Shown piece by piece: positions 14,401-26,787 of a stretch of DNA of 64,000 nucleotides. This DNA comes from Phoronis australis (Eukaryota > Animalia > Phoronida). The position numbers and the translations under genes are program-made. The stretch covers positions 1 through 64,000 of the forward strand of contig NMRA01000441.1 of NCBI GenBank assembly GCA_002633005.1, read 5' to 3'. Positions within the stretch are counted from its first letter, which is position 1, and every line of letters begins with the position of its first letter. The notes under the pieces were generated by a model that saw only the letters and a list, made by a program, of their open reading frames with translations, ran no database searches and had not been told where the DNA came from.

Positions 14401-17400
14401 NNNNNNNNNNNNNNNNNNNNNNNNNNNNNNNNNNNNNNNNNNNNNNNNNNNNNNNNNNNNNNNNNNNNNNNNNNNNNNNNNNNNNNNNNNNNNNNNNNNN
14501 NNNNNNNNNNNNNNNNNNNCTGCCTGTGCCTGTGCGTACTCTGCCTCGTTATACTCGGGCTCAAACATGTACCCACCCACTGAATGTCCGTGAAAAAATT
14601 CCTCGTCACCACTGCTGTGAACAAGGTCTCCGTCACTCACACTACTGTCACTGTGATACGGGTCACCGACTCCAGCCATTTTCAGCTTACAACACACTAA
14701 ACAATCCCTAAATCCAACGTAGTTGAGTTCTCTACTAACCTATCTTGTCGCAGAACACTCGCCAATGGAAAATGGTGGCGACAATTGTTGAAAAACAGCA
14801 CAAAACAAAAGTAGAATAGAACAGATTCGCACGGTAAAGTCAACGCAAAACCAAGTGGCGGGAAACGCTTGCCTCCTAAAACGTCTCTTCCGGAGTTGCG
14901 GACATGTAATTTATAAAATTACGAAAAGCTGTAATTAAGCACAAAATGTGTCTAGGATAACCCACCAACCTTATTTTAGCTCAAAATGACATGGAAAAGG
15001 TTGCCTTCGCCTTTAAGGTTTATAAATTTTGAATCAGACTTTTTGGCGCAACAAGTACACGTGGCACAATTTCTGTAATGACTCAAATATATCTTCCACA
15101 GGCTTAAGGTTATTAGTAGCATTGAAGAAAGCAACATCAGATTTCGGATTCGGAGTCAGAGCTGCATGTACATATACTTAGCTTCGACCAAATGCTTTTG
15201 TCTTTCAAAGATGCCACTGATAGCCCAGCGACTGGTGGTGGAACAACTTTGGAAGGAAATCGCTAAAAAAATTTTAGAAATTTCTTCAAAGACTTACCGA
15301 TAAACCCCTGTCTTCATTCCTTGCATCGACGCCGTCACCCATATGGGCTCTCCGCCTGCATCAAACCACCTCGACTGGTTGCATGTATCGTAGTAACCGA
15401 GTGTCTCTCCAGTGTATTGGTCAAAAAGACTGTTGTGGACCACTCCATGACTCTCCGGGTACAAGCCTGCAAAATGATAAGAGAAATCAAATAAAGTAGG
15501 ACTAACTGTAAACCATGTTTTGAGGTATTTTTCATAAAAAGTGACTAGAGACTTAAGACAAAAAGTCGATCACTTGAGACTTAAATCAGAAATTCGGTCA
15601 CTTGAAACTTAAGTCAGGAATTAGGTCAGTTGAGACTTAAGACAGAAATTCGGTCTTGCGCTCCCCGGCACTGTGCAATTACTAATTAAAACTACAGTAC
15701 AGCCATATGACTATTAGCACACCGAAGCCTAAGGATACTCGATACAGTTTATCTTAGTAAGTAGCAGTTATGACTATACTCTCAGAGACTTTGTACTTCT
15801 GCTAAAATGCTAAAGAAAGGCCAAATAAATGTGTAGGACAACATAGAGATGGCGGCAGAGGGGGGGGGGGGGGGGGGGGGGGNNNNNNNNNNNNNNNNNN
15901 NNNNNNNNNNNNNNNNNNNNNNNNNNNNNNNNNNNNNNNNNNNNNNNNNNNNNNNNNNNNNNNNNNNNNNNNNNNNNNNNNNNNNNNNNNNNNNGGGGGG
16001 GGGTGAAAGGGTGCAAAAACCGCTGAGGATCGTTCGGGGGAACTTGAAATGCACAAAATCACGTAGTCAGTGTGGCTATCCAGGGAGGACGGTTACAGAG
16101 CAAACCGGACTATCAGCTCACATTGATCTTAGGCAGGCCTACGTATGTGTGCCTACATTTAGAATTTGTGAGACTGAGGGTTGCTTAGCAACATACCAAC
16201 ATGTCTGTGTATTTAGCTAAACTTCTATAAATTTTGATTCCTTAAAAGTGTATACTTTATGAAAACAGTAAGCCTGTACAATTCGATTTTATCCTTTTCA
16301 AGAATCAAAAACCGGGCGATCGCCGCACAAATAAAAAAGTTCATGTTCAATTCAACGTTTCGTCTTTTCATTAGACATCATCAGGATCATCTTTACAACA
16401 ATTTAGGTCAACAAGTGCCAACATACAGCTCAGGTAACATCCAATGACTCTTTAATGTACAGTAACCCCTTATTGGGTTCTCTGCAGACAATACTAACAG
16501 AGTTGGCTTGGTGATTGTAGCTAATACAATGCCTATATACGTTACTTTTCTCTGAGGGGTGATGTTCTTTCAACCTGTCACAGAGGCGTCTCTGTGTGAG
16601 ACCTAACCCAATAAGGAGTTACTGTACATTAAAGAGTCACTGGCCATTCAGAACCAGCATGCCACTGATTCTCTGAATAACATGCAGAGCTCTGTAACCC
16701 TGCAGCTATGGTGATGACCAGCTACTGACCATATTCTATGAATCTCTCACTTCACTCTATGGATGTTACCTGAGCTGTATGTTGGCACTTGTTGTCCTAA
16801 ATTGTTGTAAATATGATCCTGATGATGTCTAATGAAAAGACGAAACGTTGAATTGAACATGAACTTTTTTATTTACGCGGCGATCGCCCGGTTTTTGATC
16901 TTATTGTGGTCAAAAACTGATTTACTTTTTAAGAATGTAATTGAAACACGTGACTATGTCTTTTTAGCAAAATTTAGCAAAACCAAAGGTACATGTACTT
17001 CCCTAGTAAAACAACGGTATCAATAAAAGTTATCCAACTTTATTTGAAATAATTGTTCAAGATGAAATATCAAAAGCTGTGTTTGAGTTTTCTAAATTAT
17101 CATTTCGTTTTTGTTTTATGCAACTTTTGAGTTGTTTCATAAAAATCGTTTAAGCACTATATTTGAAAGCACGCCATGCAAAAGTGATATATTTTCAGAA
17201 CAATTCCTAACACCATTTTGGATGACAGGGCATAAAACATGATATCTGCCAGTTGCAGTATTAGTAGTAGTAGTATTGATTTATTATAGTGACAAGTACA
17301 TGTACAATTAAATCAAACAGTTATAGGTATAACATTCGTAAGAAAGATAAGTACCCAGCCCAGTTGTGCGTATTAGTCACTTTAACCACACAACTCAGAT

Positions 17401-19759
17401 GTAGGCCTACAATAAATGCGTCGGTTTCTAAGCTCAAAAGCAGACTTGATATATTTGGCAAATTGCCTAGGGAAATACTGAAATAGCAGTTTTAACGTAT
17501 CTGATCTACTGAAATCTACAAAGTTCGGGATTTGAAGTGAAACATTATTAAACAGAATAGACCTCCGTGAGTTATAAAGAGAACAATCAAACAAAAGTGT
17601 AGCTCATCCTCCACAGAACCAGAGTCGCAACACAAGCTAAGTCTTTCACTTACAGGAGTGTTTACATAACGACCAGTTTCCAAGTGCAATGGGAGATTTC
17701 CTGCTCTAAGCTGAGCCAGAAAAGACCGCTCGGAACGAGATAAAGTAATCTCTTCATACGGCTCAGTTAAAAACTCGTGCTTAAATAAAATGTAGGTTCT
17801 TAACTTGGGTTTAGTTACAACAGATTCAGCCCAAGCATGTTTCTTGTATTCAAATAGTTTGTTTCTAGCATTTATTATGTTACAAATAGTCAAATTTTGA
17901 AAACATGATTGCATGCCAGTCATGTTAAGCAAATTTTTTATTCCGTCTCAGTATCCAACCCTTTCTACCAACAGAGTAGTCCCATAGAAATACCTTCTTC
18001 AGTAACCTGTCACCACCAGTGGTTACTAGTTTGTTCCAAAGACGCAGCATATTCAATTTAAATCTATTTCGGGTTGAGTCCCACCAATATCGCCACTAAC
18101 AGCATGAGTGGCTATAAATCGGTTGACCCCTAAATAAAAACGCATCGCTACATGTATGTTTTGGATATTTTCATCATCACTAAATTTTTTGTAACCCCAA
18201 ACAGATGAAAAGTAATCCAAAATTGGTGCCACACACGAATTAAATAATGTTTTAAACGTTTCGAATCCTAGATTCTTGTTATCACGGAATGTTGAGCATA
18301 TCTTCCCTAACGCTTTACCAGAAGCTTCAGATGACGTATTCAAATTTTCTTTGAAGTCATATATATGAATGTCATCAGTTATTTCTGAGATATGAAGTTC
18401 CAAAGTTCGCCAAATTTGGACATTTTTCGAGGGTCTTACATAACCTTACGGCAACGCCCGGTCATTCCTGCTTAGTTAGGCCATTAAATTGTTGCGATCT
18501 TTTGTAAACTCCGGTTCTAAACACGAAGGTGAACTAAACAGAGCCTGGGACATAGTGATTACTGGGTGAAAACGACGCCAAATTAAATAACACTTGACCT
18601 ATGCCAGTCAGTACCACAGAATCGTACGCACGAGCATTACATCTTAAGCAAGGACCACCTACGAACCTACTTTGCATAAGAACCCAAAAATCACGCATAC
18701 GAACAAAAATCATGCGCACGAACCACAAAAAGCAGGCATACGGACACAAAATCATACACACGAGTATCGAATCATACATGTACGTATGAACACTTTATCG
18801 TTTGGTGGTTGTGCGTATGATTTGTGCTCGTTGCGTGATTTTTGTGGTTCGTGCGCATGATCTTAGTGCCTGATTTTGGGTTAGCATGTATGAATCGTGG
18901 GGTCGAATGCATGATTCATAGGTTCGTAGGTGGTTCGTGCGTATGATTCGATGGCGATGGATGTACGTGTGATTCAATATGGTGCCCCTGTATATGCGGA
19001 GGCTGATGCCCGTACTGGGGGAGAGGTGGCCTGCCGTTTCCACGTGCATATGCAATTCAAGAATATATACTGCAAGAAAAGCAGTCTAATGTTCTGATGG
19101 AGGGGATTGATTTTAATGTATTCATGGCGTTTAGTTGGAATTGAACGTTACACAACAGCGAGACTACAGTGAGGTCCAGGCCGCCGGGGGCAACCAACGG
19201 GGTCCAACTTTCCGAATGATGCGAGTGTAAGCGACAGGTAGGCGTTGACGTTCTACAATATCAGGGGGCTGGTTCGCCAAGAGTGTATTGTTTAATGGCT
19301 AAAAATCAATCTACAGATGGCGCAGCCTGTTTCATGAAATCAGGCTAAGTTTAAAAATCAGTAAATCTGTCTTCAAGTTGTAAACAAGACAGAAACCTCT
19401 TGGCAGCAAACTAAGATCCAAAGTCAAAAGACAAACTATCAACCGTTGGCCATAATTGTAGACTGTTTGATAAACGTGCCAGAATTTAAAAGCAGGCTAT
19501 GGAGCTAGGTGGGTCTACATGTACCTGTTGCTATCGTTGTGTGGCATACGGATGTCAAGGTTAACATGGCGGGAGTAACGTAGGCTGCTTTCGATCCCTG
19601 CTTTGCCATCTTATCAAAATTCGGCGTCTCAACTCTTTGTGTAAAATCCCATCGCAAACCATCGAAACTTACAAGCAGCAATTTCCGCGCATCAACCGGT
19701 GTAAAGAAAGACAGGCGGAGGTAAACCAGAGTCAGTGGCCACACAAAAGATGTGAACAT
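11401..19759 (-). CDS. ENPP7: Ectonucleotide pyrophosphatase/phosphodiesterase, ENPP7 (alkaline sphingomyelinase)-like, complete 4-exon CDS
   Basis: Exons 19759-19525, 15466-15298, 12836-12248 and 11718-11401 join in frame. N-terminal signal-like stretch, LLLVSFDGLRWD, catalytic TLTSVCH, ESHGVVHN, EPIWVT, YFNQPD..H, TSDHG, DHGYDN, DIYPLM..LLG, PNNGS, and a hydrophobic C-terminus. Minus-strand AATAAA at 10826-10821. The symbol reflects motif similarity; orthology is not proven. Confidence 0.88.
13141..13278. mobile_element. Short MITE, family A copy 1
   Basis: gttcagaaacgctaggacc...ctagcattactaaac. The core is shared with the copies at 20581, 23036, 57233 and 60005. Confidence 0.8.
13694..13983 (+). 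CDS. THAP zinc-finger domain, N-terminus of putative transposase (runs into gap)
   Basis: MPHCCCVPG...LHRFP.D..RRTW...RVCGKHF..SDY...LKKVVIPS matches the C2CH THAP signature. Confidence 0.85.
14520..14679 (-). CDS. N-terminus of convergent accessory protein, KolX/P2X7-ballast-like (runs into gap)
   Basis: MAGVGDPYHSDSSVSDGD...GGYMFEPEYNEAE is an acidic leader plus a YMFEPE motif, as I recall it from invertebrate 'P2RX7-like' transposon proteins. The diagnostic Cys-rich domain is hidden in the gap. Confidence 0.5.
15541..15656. repeat. Tandem repeat, about 28-bp unit x4
   Basis: cacttgagacttaa(a/g)tcagaaattcggt repeated four times with substitutions. Confidence 0.8.
16299..16902. mobile_element. 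Palindromic Penelope-like (pLTR) remnant
   Basis: 16299-16490 is an inverted copy of 16594-16902 that lacks about 16641-16759. The roughly 145-bp outer arms are near identical, and each carries CTGATGA-stem-GAAACGTT. Confidence 0.65.
16812..16856 (+). ncRNA. Minimal hammerhead-ribozyme-like motif (inverted copy at 16353-16385)
   Basis: CTGATGA t GTCT-aatgaaa-AGAC GAAAC GTT: core, stem II and palindromic AACGTT stem III are present. Stem I pairing is weak. Confidence 0.5.
17259..18365 (-). mobile_element. 5'-truncated, decayed RTE-X-like LINE
   Basis: Broken ORFs with VAPILDYFSSVWG, PKLRTY..FK, LAQLRAGNLPLHLETGR, VEDELHF. The 3' end is AATAAA followed by a (TAC)n tail at 17259-17285. Confidence 0.85.
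18617..18990. repeat. Fold-back element built of ATCATRCGCACGAA subrepeats
   Basis: atcatgcgcacgaaccacaaaaa in the left half is mirrored by ttttgtggttcgtgcgcatgat in the right half; gaccacctacgaaccta pairs with taggttcgtaggtggttc. Confidence 0.65.
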
Positions 19760-20580
19760 CGTTGCAGATTGACCGTGACTGAGTGGTGTGCGTGCTCTGA
19801 TCCAGTTCCTAGGCCTTTAGTCTGCAAACAACGCTCAAGTTATACATAAACCGATCAGCGCCCGGGGGTTACTTGTAGGCATAGATGTAAACGCAAGTAC
19901 ACAGAGTGAAAGCTACACTTATGTGTATGTTGATTGACACCACCTTCAGGGGTAGTGCAAAGTCAAATTTACACATGTGAAAGTATAAACCAGGCACATG
20001 TTAATTTACGCATTAGGTGTCAATACCAAGTGTAAATGCAACATGTTCAGCCAAAAAGGGAAATTACAACATTATTTCTATGTCGTCTCATCTCTTTAAA
20101 CGACAACACCATATTTCTTCTTTAAACGTTCAAAAACATCCTCTGCAGTCAATCGTGCCCGCCTTGATGGAGTGCTATAGGATCCTATATTAAATCCTGT
20201 AAGCGCCCATGGGATTCCTATGAATTACTATGGGATTTCCCATAGGAATATTACACGTGATAGGAATTACTATAGGGAATTGTCAAGAATCCCGAGTTTG
20301 ACGCCTTGTCCTCCGTTTGTTTTTCAAATGACCTTTTTTATATCTTACATTTCTAAAATGTTCGACTGATTCTTGACAAAACGAGGGAGTCATACATGTA
20401 CACTATGAAGGTTATGTCATTTCACAATTTACAACCTTTCATCTTCAGGTTTTCCTTTTTACCACCAGTCCACCAGTCTTTCTTGATAATTCATACAGTC
20501 CACTTGGTTTGAGTAATAGTAAGAGCTTATCCCGCGGGAAACCCCTCCCCCCGGGCCGGAACAACATAGTCATACCGGGT

Positions 20581-20729
20581 GTGCGTTCAGTAAGGCTAGG
20601 ACCTACGCTAGGACCTAGCTAAAATCTAGTCAAAGTCACATGTTCTAATTTAAAATACACGGCAAAGTCTCACATTATCTCGCAAAGTCTTGCATTTCAG
20701 CGAGGTCCTAGCGCTACTGAAAGGGAGGC
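20581..20729. mobile_element. MITE family A copy 2
   Basis: gtgcgttcagtaaggctaggacc...ggtcctagcgctactgaaagggaggc. Confidence 0.8.
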
Positions 20730-23035
20730 AGAATCAGGGATGATTTCAGACAATCTTGGCTAAGGGCCTCAAATTTACCAATTCGGTGGACACTTAAGCA
20801 TTTTTGTTCTCTTTAGATTCGATTTTGTGGAAGGGGGTGAGTGATTTGAAAAAATGTAGCTATTTTCCAGCCGGCATGACCTCAAATTTAAGGGAAAATT
20901 TGGATTGCTATGGGTCACCTCAGTATTTTTTCTTCCTGTTGCATTCGATTTTGAGGTAGACAGCAATTTTCACATACGTGATTTCGCCTGCAGACGGCAT
21001 CTCCGATTGGTCTAAACTGCAAATCACATGAACCCTCTGACGGTTGGGCCGGTATTTCTATACCTCCATGCACAATATTCTTCAGATCCCCAAGGTAACG
21101 TTGTTTTGGTCAGTGACAGCTGTTTCGATCCGCGCTTAAGCTCGTTGTGATTGCGACTCATTTTCTGTGCGCTCGTTGGCCAGAATTTTGCTAATGCGCC
21201 AATGACGGGGGCGCGGTCCTAAAATTATCCCATCAGAAGAGCCTTATATACTTGCTAGTTGCTCTTGTCACTTTTTTGCTTGCATTGAATAGTATTCAGA
21301 GTACAAATATCGTTTTTGTTTTTCCCTAAACAAACGCGGAGCACATTGACACCTGAAGTGTATACATGTATTTGCTTGTGATATAAATTCAGAACGTACA
21401 ATTGTAAAAATGTTGCATGCAAACGGAGATTCAACTGGGGTTAAGCTACTCCTGACTGTTTTTGTCAGCGTGACCCCCCCCCCCCCCTCATGCTGGCAAT
21501 CCAAAATTTCCTGGCAACACTCTCACGCCAGCTACGTTGTACATAGAAGCTGTGCTCGCTGATATGTGACATAGGCTTTTTAAAGCACTGAAGCGTTGAC
21601 GATCACGTTAGGCGACGGTAGCCAGCACTGATTAAAGCAAACAGGGGTTGCACTTGAGATTGACTTCGCCGGTTCTTCCAGGTCAACTCGCTAAGGAATC
21701 TGGCCGGTTTAAAATCCGGAACTCGTCATTTAGAACCACTCAGTTGTGTTCGCCAGATGACCAAGCTTTAGTCAACCCAGTTTCCCTTGGGTACATCATA
21801 CTTTTATGAATCCTTCAATAAGTTGCATTACCTGTCAGCGTAGGTACACACTTTTTTATCGTAGCCGTGTTAGACCCTCTGCGGCAGACGACCACCAAAA
21901 TGAATGAAACCACACGCCCGAAAATTCGGTTGTCAATAATTTACATTTTTCAAATAGCCGCAAAAATTTGACGCCTTCAGCGGAGTTCTCGGCCGGGTTT
22001 AGTCAAAGGGCATCTCAGAAACGCGTACAGATGTAGTTAATATCTAATGAAAGGAATAGAATTTGCAAGTTTCGTGCAAAAAATATAATGTGTGTGGATG
22101 TTATGGTGATCGCGGTGAGAAGACATCGGTGATTTTGTTCGAAAAAAACGCCGAGTCACTTGGAGCCGATTATTATTATTTCCAAGTTCCTGCTTTGATT
22201 AGCAAGGACTTTAACTACAGATTTTGGGGTCTACATTTAATACTTTTAAAACGTTAGTGACAAACGCTATTACTCATATTCTGGAGTCAAAACGATATTT
22301 TTCATCGGCGCATTCCATAGCAAAATCCCCGTGTTCTTATAATTTGCTTTGAATAGAAGTTTCACGAAATACAAAGCGAGGTGTATTCAAAATGTGTCCC
22401 ATGTCTGTTGACATCATGGTGCTAACCTTACGGGAATCCCGCCTGAGGTTTGTAACAACCAAACTCCCGTTCACTTGGTTTGGCCCGTGCTGGCTATTGT
22501 GCATACGCGATGTTACGCAACAAGATATCGATTTTGTACCACTTCCCCTGCTCAGTACGGGAAACTCTCAAGTGGTATGAAGTCATAAAGAACTCTCAAA
22601 TCTTCTGAGACCAAAAAATTATTATTTGTACTTTGGGTGAGGAACGAGATGAGACGGATTTTATAACTGCAAAACCAAAGTTTGAGGAGGCGGAAGTCGC
22701 GAATTTGTTGCTTTTTTAAAGACTGTTCATCCTTGGGATTGAACGTTGCCAGTTATCAGGGTTTTCCGTAGATAAGTCCGTGTATTCGGAAAACGAACAT
22801 TTTCAGGCGTTTCAGTAACACCAAATAAATACCCGGGCGTTTATTCGGAAACGTGTCGGACAGTTCAAATTTTAAGTGTTGTCAATAATGAATAAACACG
22901 TAAATAAACTGATTTATTTTCGATTGAATCTTTTTTCATTCATTATCCATTCTGTCTTTCAAAGGCTAATCTATTATGAAGATATGTAAAAAAAATTTCC
23001 TCCAAAATACTTGTCTGAGGCCAGCCTGAGGATGA

Positions 23036-23175
23036 GTCCAGTAACGCTAGGACCTTGTTAAAAAGCAAGACTTCGCTAGATTACGTGAGATATTGCCGTG
23101 TCTTTCAAATGAGAACACGTGGTTTTTGGCTAGATTTTTGCGAGGTCCTAGCGTAGGTTCGGAGCGTTACTGAAC
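23036..23175. mobile_element. MITE family A copy 3 (opposite orientation; its right end is duplicated by the LINE insertion)
   Basis: gtccagtaacgctaggacc...agcgttactgaac. Confidence 0.8.
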
Positions 23176-23267
23176 TTCGTCCTGTTGTTAAGCAAGTAGA
23201 ATTTCTGAGAAGCATAACATTACCTACAACCAGTAACATGCAAAGATTTGGTTATGCCCGGGCGATT

Positions 23268-26200
23268 ACTTTGGCAAAGAACTTGCCAAATTTTGTGCAG
23301 TATATGGTACGCACATAGTTAACGGTAGATACCCCTCAGACAGAGAAGGAAACTATTCGTTCGTCTCCACTCGAGGATGCAGCACTATTGACTATGTTAT
23401 TGCCGAGGCATCTCTGTTTGAATATATTAATGACTTTGAAGTATTAAACTACGACCAGTCAGACCATTTCCCTATCATGTGTACTCTACGTTATCTAGAA
23501 CATACGGATCGAACACTAGTGTCAGAACAACCCCATTGCACCGACTGAAGTGGCAGCCACACAAATCTTCAAGTTTTAANTTTTCCATACCCCGCCGTTT
23601 ACCTTAAACACCGGGGTTAGAACCAATTTTATTTAGTGGGAATGTTCATAGCATGCCCATTGCACCGACTCAAGTGGCAGCCACACAAATCTTCAAGTTT
23701 TAAGGATAGACTGGGCAGCGTTGACACCACTGAGAAATTATCCCAAATATCTTCAGCCATCGATATGGATATTAACAAAGCAGTTAAATTAATAAATGAA
23801 TTATTCCACGCTTGCGGCACTGACATGAAAATAAGCAAAAAACTCGCAGTGAACAGGCAGCAGCCAAGATGGTTCGACAACGTTTGCGTGCAAAAGAAAA
23901 TAGAAAAACATAATTTATTGAAACTTTTCAGGTCCACAAAGTGTGTGGATACACTACGTAATTATATTGATACGAAAAGTCAATTTAAGGAAACCTGTCG
24001 TGAAAAAAAGAAGAATTATAACGAACAAATGGAAAAGAACTTATGTGATTCAGTGAGAGATCCAAGAATATTCTGGGCAAACGTGAAGTCAATCATAAAT
24101 CCGAACAATTTTCAACAAGCGGATATTTCGTCGAACAAATGGTATAACTATTTTGAAAAACTCTTGAACACCGAGCCTGTAGGGGAAAATAGGGAATTCC
24201 TTAATAATTTGCTGGACGAAATGCGAGAGCACGACGAAAGCTGTAATGACTGTGCCAACACACCTGGTGATGAAATCCTGGTACAACTTAATAAAGAAAT
24301 TGACATGTCCGAAACCAATCAGGAAATAAATAAACTTAAAAGCAACAAAACCCCTGGAGAAGATGGTATTCCAAACGAACTCTTCAAAGCACTGACTGGT
24401 GACATCATTGAAGTATTATGCAAACTATTCAACAAGGTACTGGCGACAGGAAAATTCCCGGAGAACTGGAGAAAGAGCATAATCGTTCCAATCTACAAGA
24501 AAGGAGACAAAAATAACCCAAATAATTACAGGGGAATTTCTTTAATTGATAGCATAAGCAAGCTGTTTACATCAATATTAAACAGAAGGCTGATTGAGTG
24601 GTCGGATGCAATGCAATGTATCCCTGAGGAACAAGAGGATTTAGGGCGGGTTACTCGACCGTGGATAACATTTTTGTTCTACAAGCTTTGACCCACATAA
24701 ATTTATCAAAAAGAGGTGGAAAATTTACTGTGCCTTTGTGGACTTTAGCAAGGCGTTTGACAGTCTGGAAACTACACGTCTGTNAATCGTTCTAATCTAC
24801 AAGAAAGGAGACAAAAATAACCCAAATAATTACAGGGGAATTTCTTTAATTGATAGCATAAGCAAGCTGTTTACATCAATATTAAACAGAAGGCTGATTG
24901 AGTGGTCGGATGCAATGCAATGTATCCCTGAGGAACAAGCGGATTTAGGGCGGGTTACTCGACCGTGGATAAATTTTTGTTCTACAAGCTTTGACCCACA
25001 TAAATTTATCAAAAAGAGGTGGAAAATGTACTGTGCCTTTGTGGACTTTAGCAAGGCGTTTGACAGTCTGGAAACTACACGTCTGTTTTATTGTTTGTTA
25101 AAAATAATCTCCACGCGAAAATGTTCTGTGAAATCGTGCGTGAGAATACAGAGCCAAATCCCACCCTATTTTGATTGTACGAGAGGTGTGAAACAAGGGT
25201 GTATGCTGAGTCCTTGGTTATTCTCTGTTTTTGTTAGAGGACTGGTGTCAGAGCTCATAGAAAATGGAGGACGAGGTATCAAGTGTGATGACTGTGAATT
25301 AAGTTCGTTATTGTTTGCGGACGATTTGGTGATTGTGGCAGACACAGTGCCTGGTCTCCAGAGGAAATTAAATGTATTGCACAACTACTGTGTGGATTGG
25401 AGTCTTTGTGTTAATCTTGATAAGACAAATATTGTTGTCTTCAAGCGAGGTGGGACTCTGTCGGCACAAGAACGCTGGTTCTACAATAAGAAATCGGCAG
25501 AAACGAAATCTTATCACAAGTATCTTGGTGTGACATTTTCTTGCAGATTAAAATGGCATGAAAATTGTAGAATATCAGCTTTACAAGCTAGAAAAACAAT
25601 GAACATGTTAAAAGCATGTTTAAACAAAGTGAAGTGTAGATCCCCGCATGTATGTTTTAAATTGTTTGATAGTATGGTAGTTCCTATATTGTTATATGGT
25701 NAAATGGAATGAAAATTGTAGAATATCAGCTTTACAAGCTAGAAAAGCAATGAACATGTTAAAAGCATGTTTAACCAAGTGAATTGTAAATCCCCGCATG
25801 TATGTTTTAAATTGTTTGATAGTATGGTAGCTCCTATATTGTTATATGGTGCTGAGATATGGGGTACAGTATATTCGAAAGACATAGAAAATGTTCACAA
25901 TGATTTCTGTAAATGGGTTGCTGGTGTCCCAAAGAAAACAAGTAACGTTATGGCCAGAGGAGAATGCGGCAGGCATTTATTATCTGTGAAATACTTGTGC
26001 AGACCAATAATCTACTGGACCAAAATTCTAAAGATGAATAACCCCAGATACCCAAAGAAAAGTTACAGGATGCTGCGGGAAGACTGTGAAAAAGGACGAG
26101 CAAATTGGGCCAGTGCAGTTAAAGATATTTTGTTCAGATACGGGTTTGGGGGGGTATGGATAAGTGGACCGGGTAACTTTGATTTATTTATATCAGAATT

Positions 26201-26787
26201 TAAGCAAAGATTGTTGGATTGTGGTGCCCAAGAATGGAGGACATCAGTGCAGAGCTCTAGCAAGTGCTCATTTTACTCTATTATCAAAACAGATTTATCT
26301 TGTGAAGAATATCTTTACAGTTTACCACCAACTCTACGTAGAATTTTAGCCAAATTCAGGTGCTCTGGACACCAACTGAAAATAGAAACTGGTAGGCACC
26401 ATGACATTCCAAAGGAAGATAGACTTTGCGAAATTTGCAACCGTTCAGAAATTGAAGACGAAATACACTTATTACTTAACTGCCCCGTATTTAACGACAT
26501 TAGAAAGAATTTTTTACCAGAAATATCCCGACAGCATACAGACATCGAAAACGTCAAATACTTATTCAAAACAAACTCTGGAAATCTTTTGAAAAGACTA
26601 TCCTTATTTATATTAAAGGCTTATGGTATTAGACAGGAAACTCTAACATTGTAACGTGTAAATATGTATATATGTATTGAATACCGGACATGAAATTGCC
26701 ACCTATACCAAATGTTGCAATGTAATATGTACAAATGAGCTTAGCTCCAAGTGCAATAAACAACCTCTCTCTCTCTCTCTCTCTCTC
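23268..26787 (+). mobile_element. 5'-truncated RTE-X-like non-LTR retrotransposon (APE endonuclease C-terminus, RT, C-terminal CCHC)
   Basis: STIDY..SDHFP (APE); PIYKKGD..NNYRGISL, FVDFSKAFDS, GVKQGCMLSP, LLFADD, YLG (RT); CEIC...EDEIH...C. Stop at 26654, AATAAA at 26755, (CT)n tail. An identical 113-bp direct repeat lies on both sides. Confidence 0.95.

Larger units (their letters stand above)
13429..15012 (+). mobile_element. Kolobok-like DNA transposon (central part in assembly gap)
   Basis: Imperfect TIRs of about 160 bp (13429-13586 / 14856-15012; ends tGGCGAAGGCAACC...GGTTGCCTTCGCCT). TTAA at 13425-13428 and 15013-15016. Contains a THAP ORF on + and a convergent ORF on -. Confidence 0.8.

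Noticed and set aside
15541-15656. Regularly spaced short repeats resembling a CRISPR array
   Set aside because: The units are contiguous with no unique spacers, there are no cas genes, and the context is a eukaryotic intron.
24480-25850. Tandem duplications inside the LINE (about 300 bp around n24784, about 150 bp around n25701, about 45 bp around n23580)
   Set aside because: Each junction is a single 'n', the signature of unmerged overlapping contig ends. They are treated as assembly artefacts, not biological duplications.
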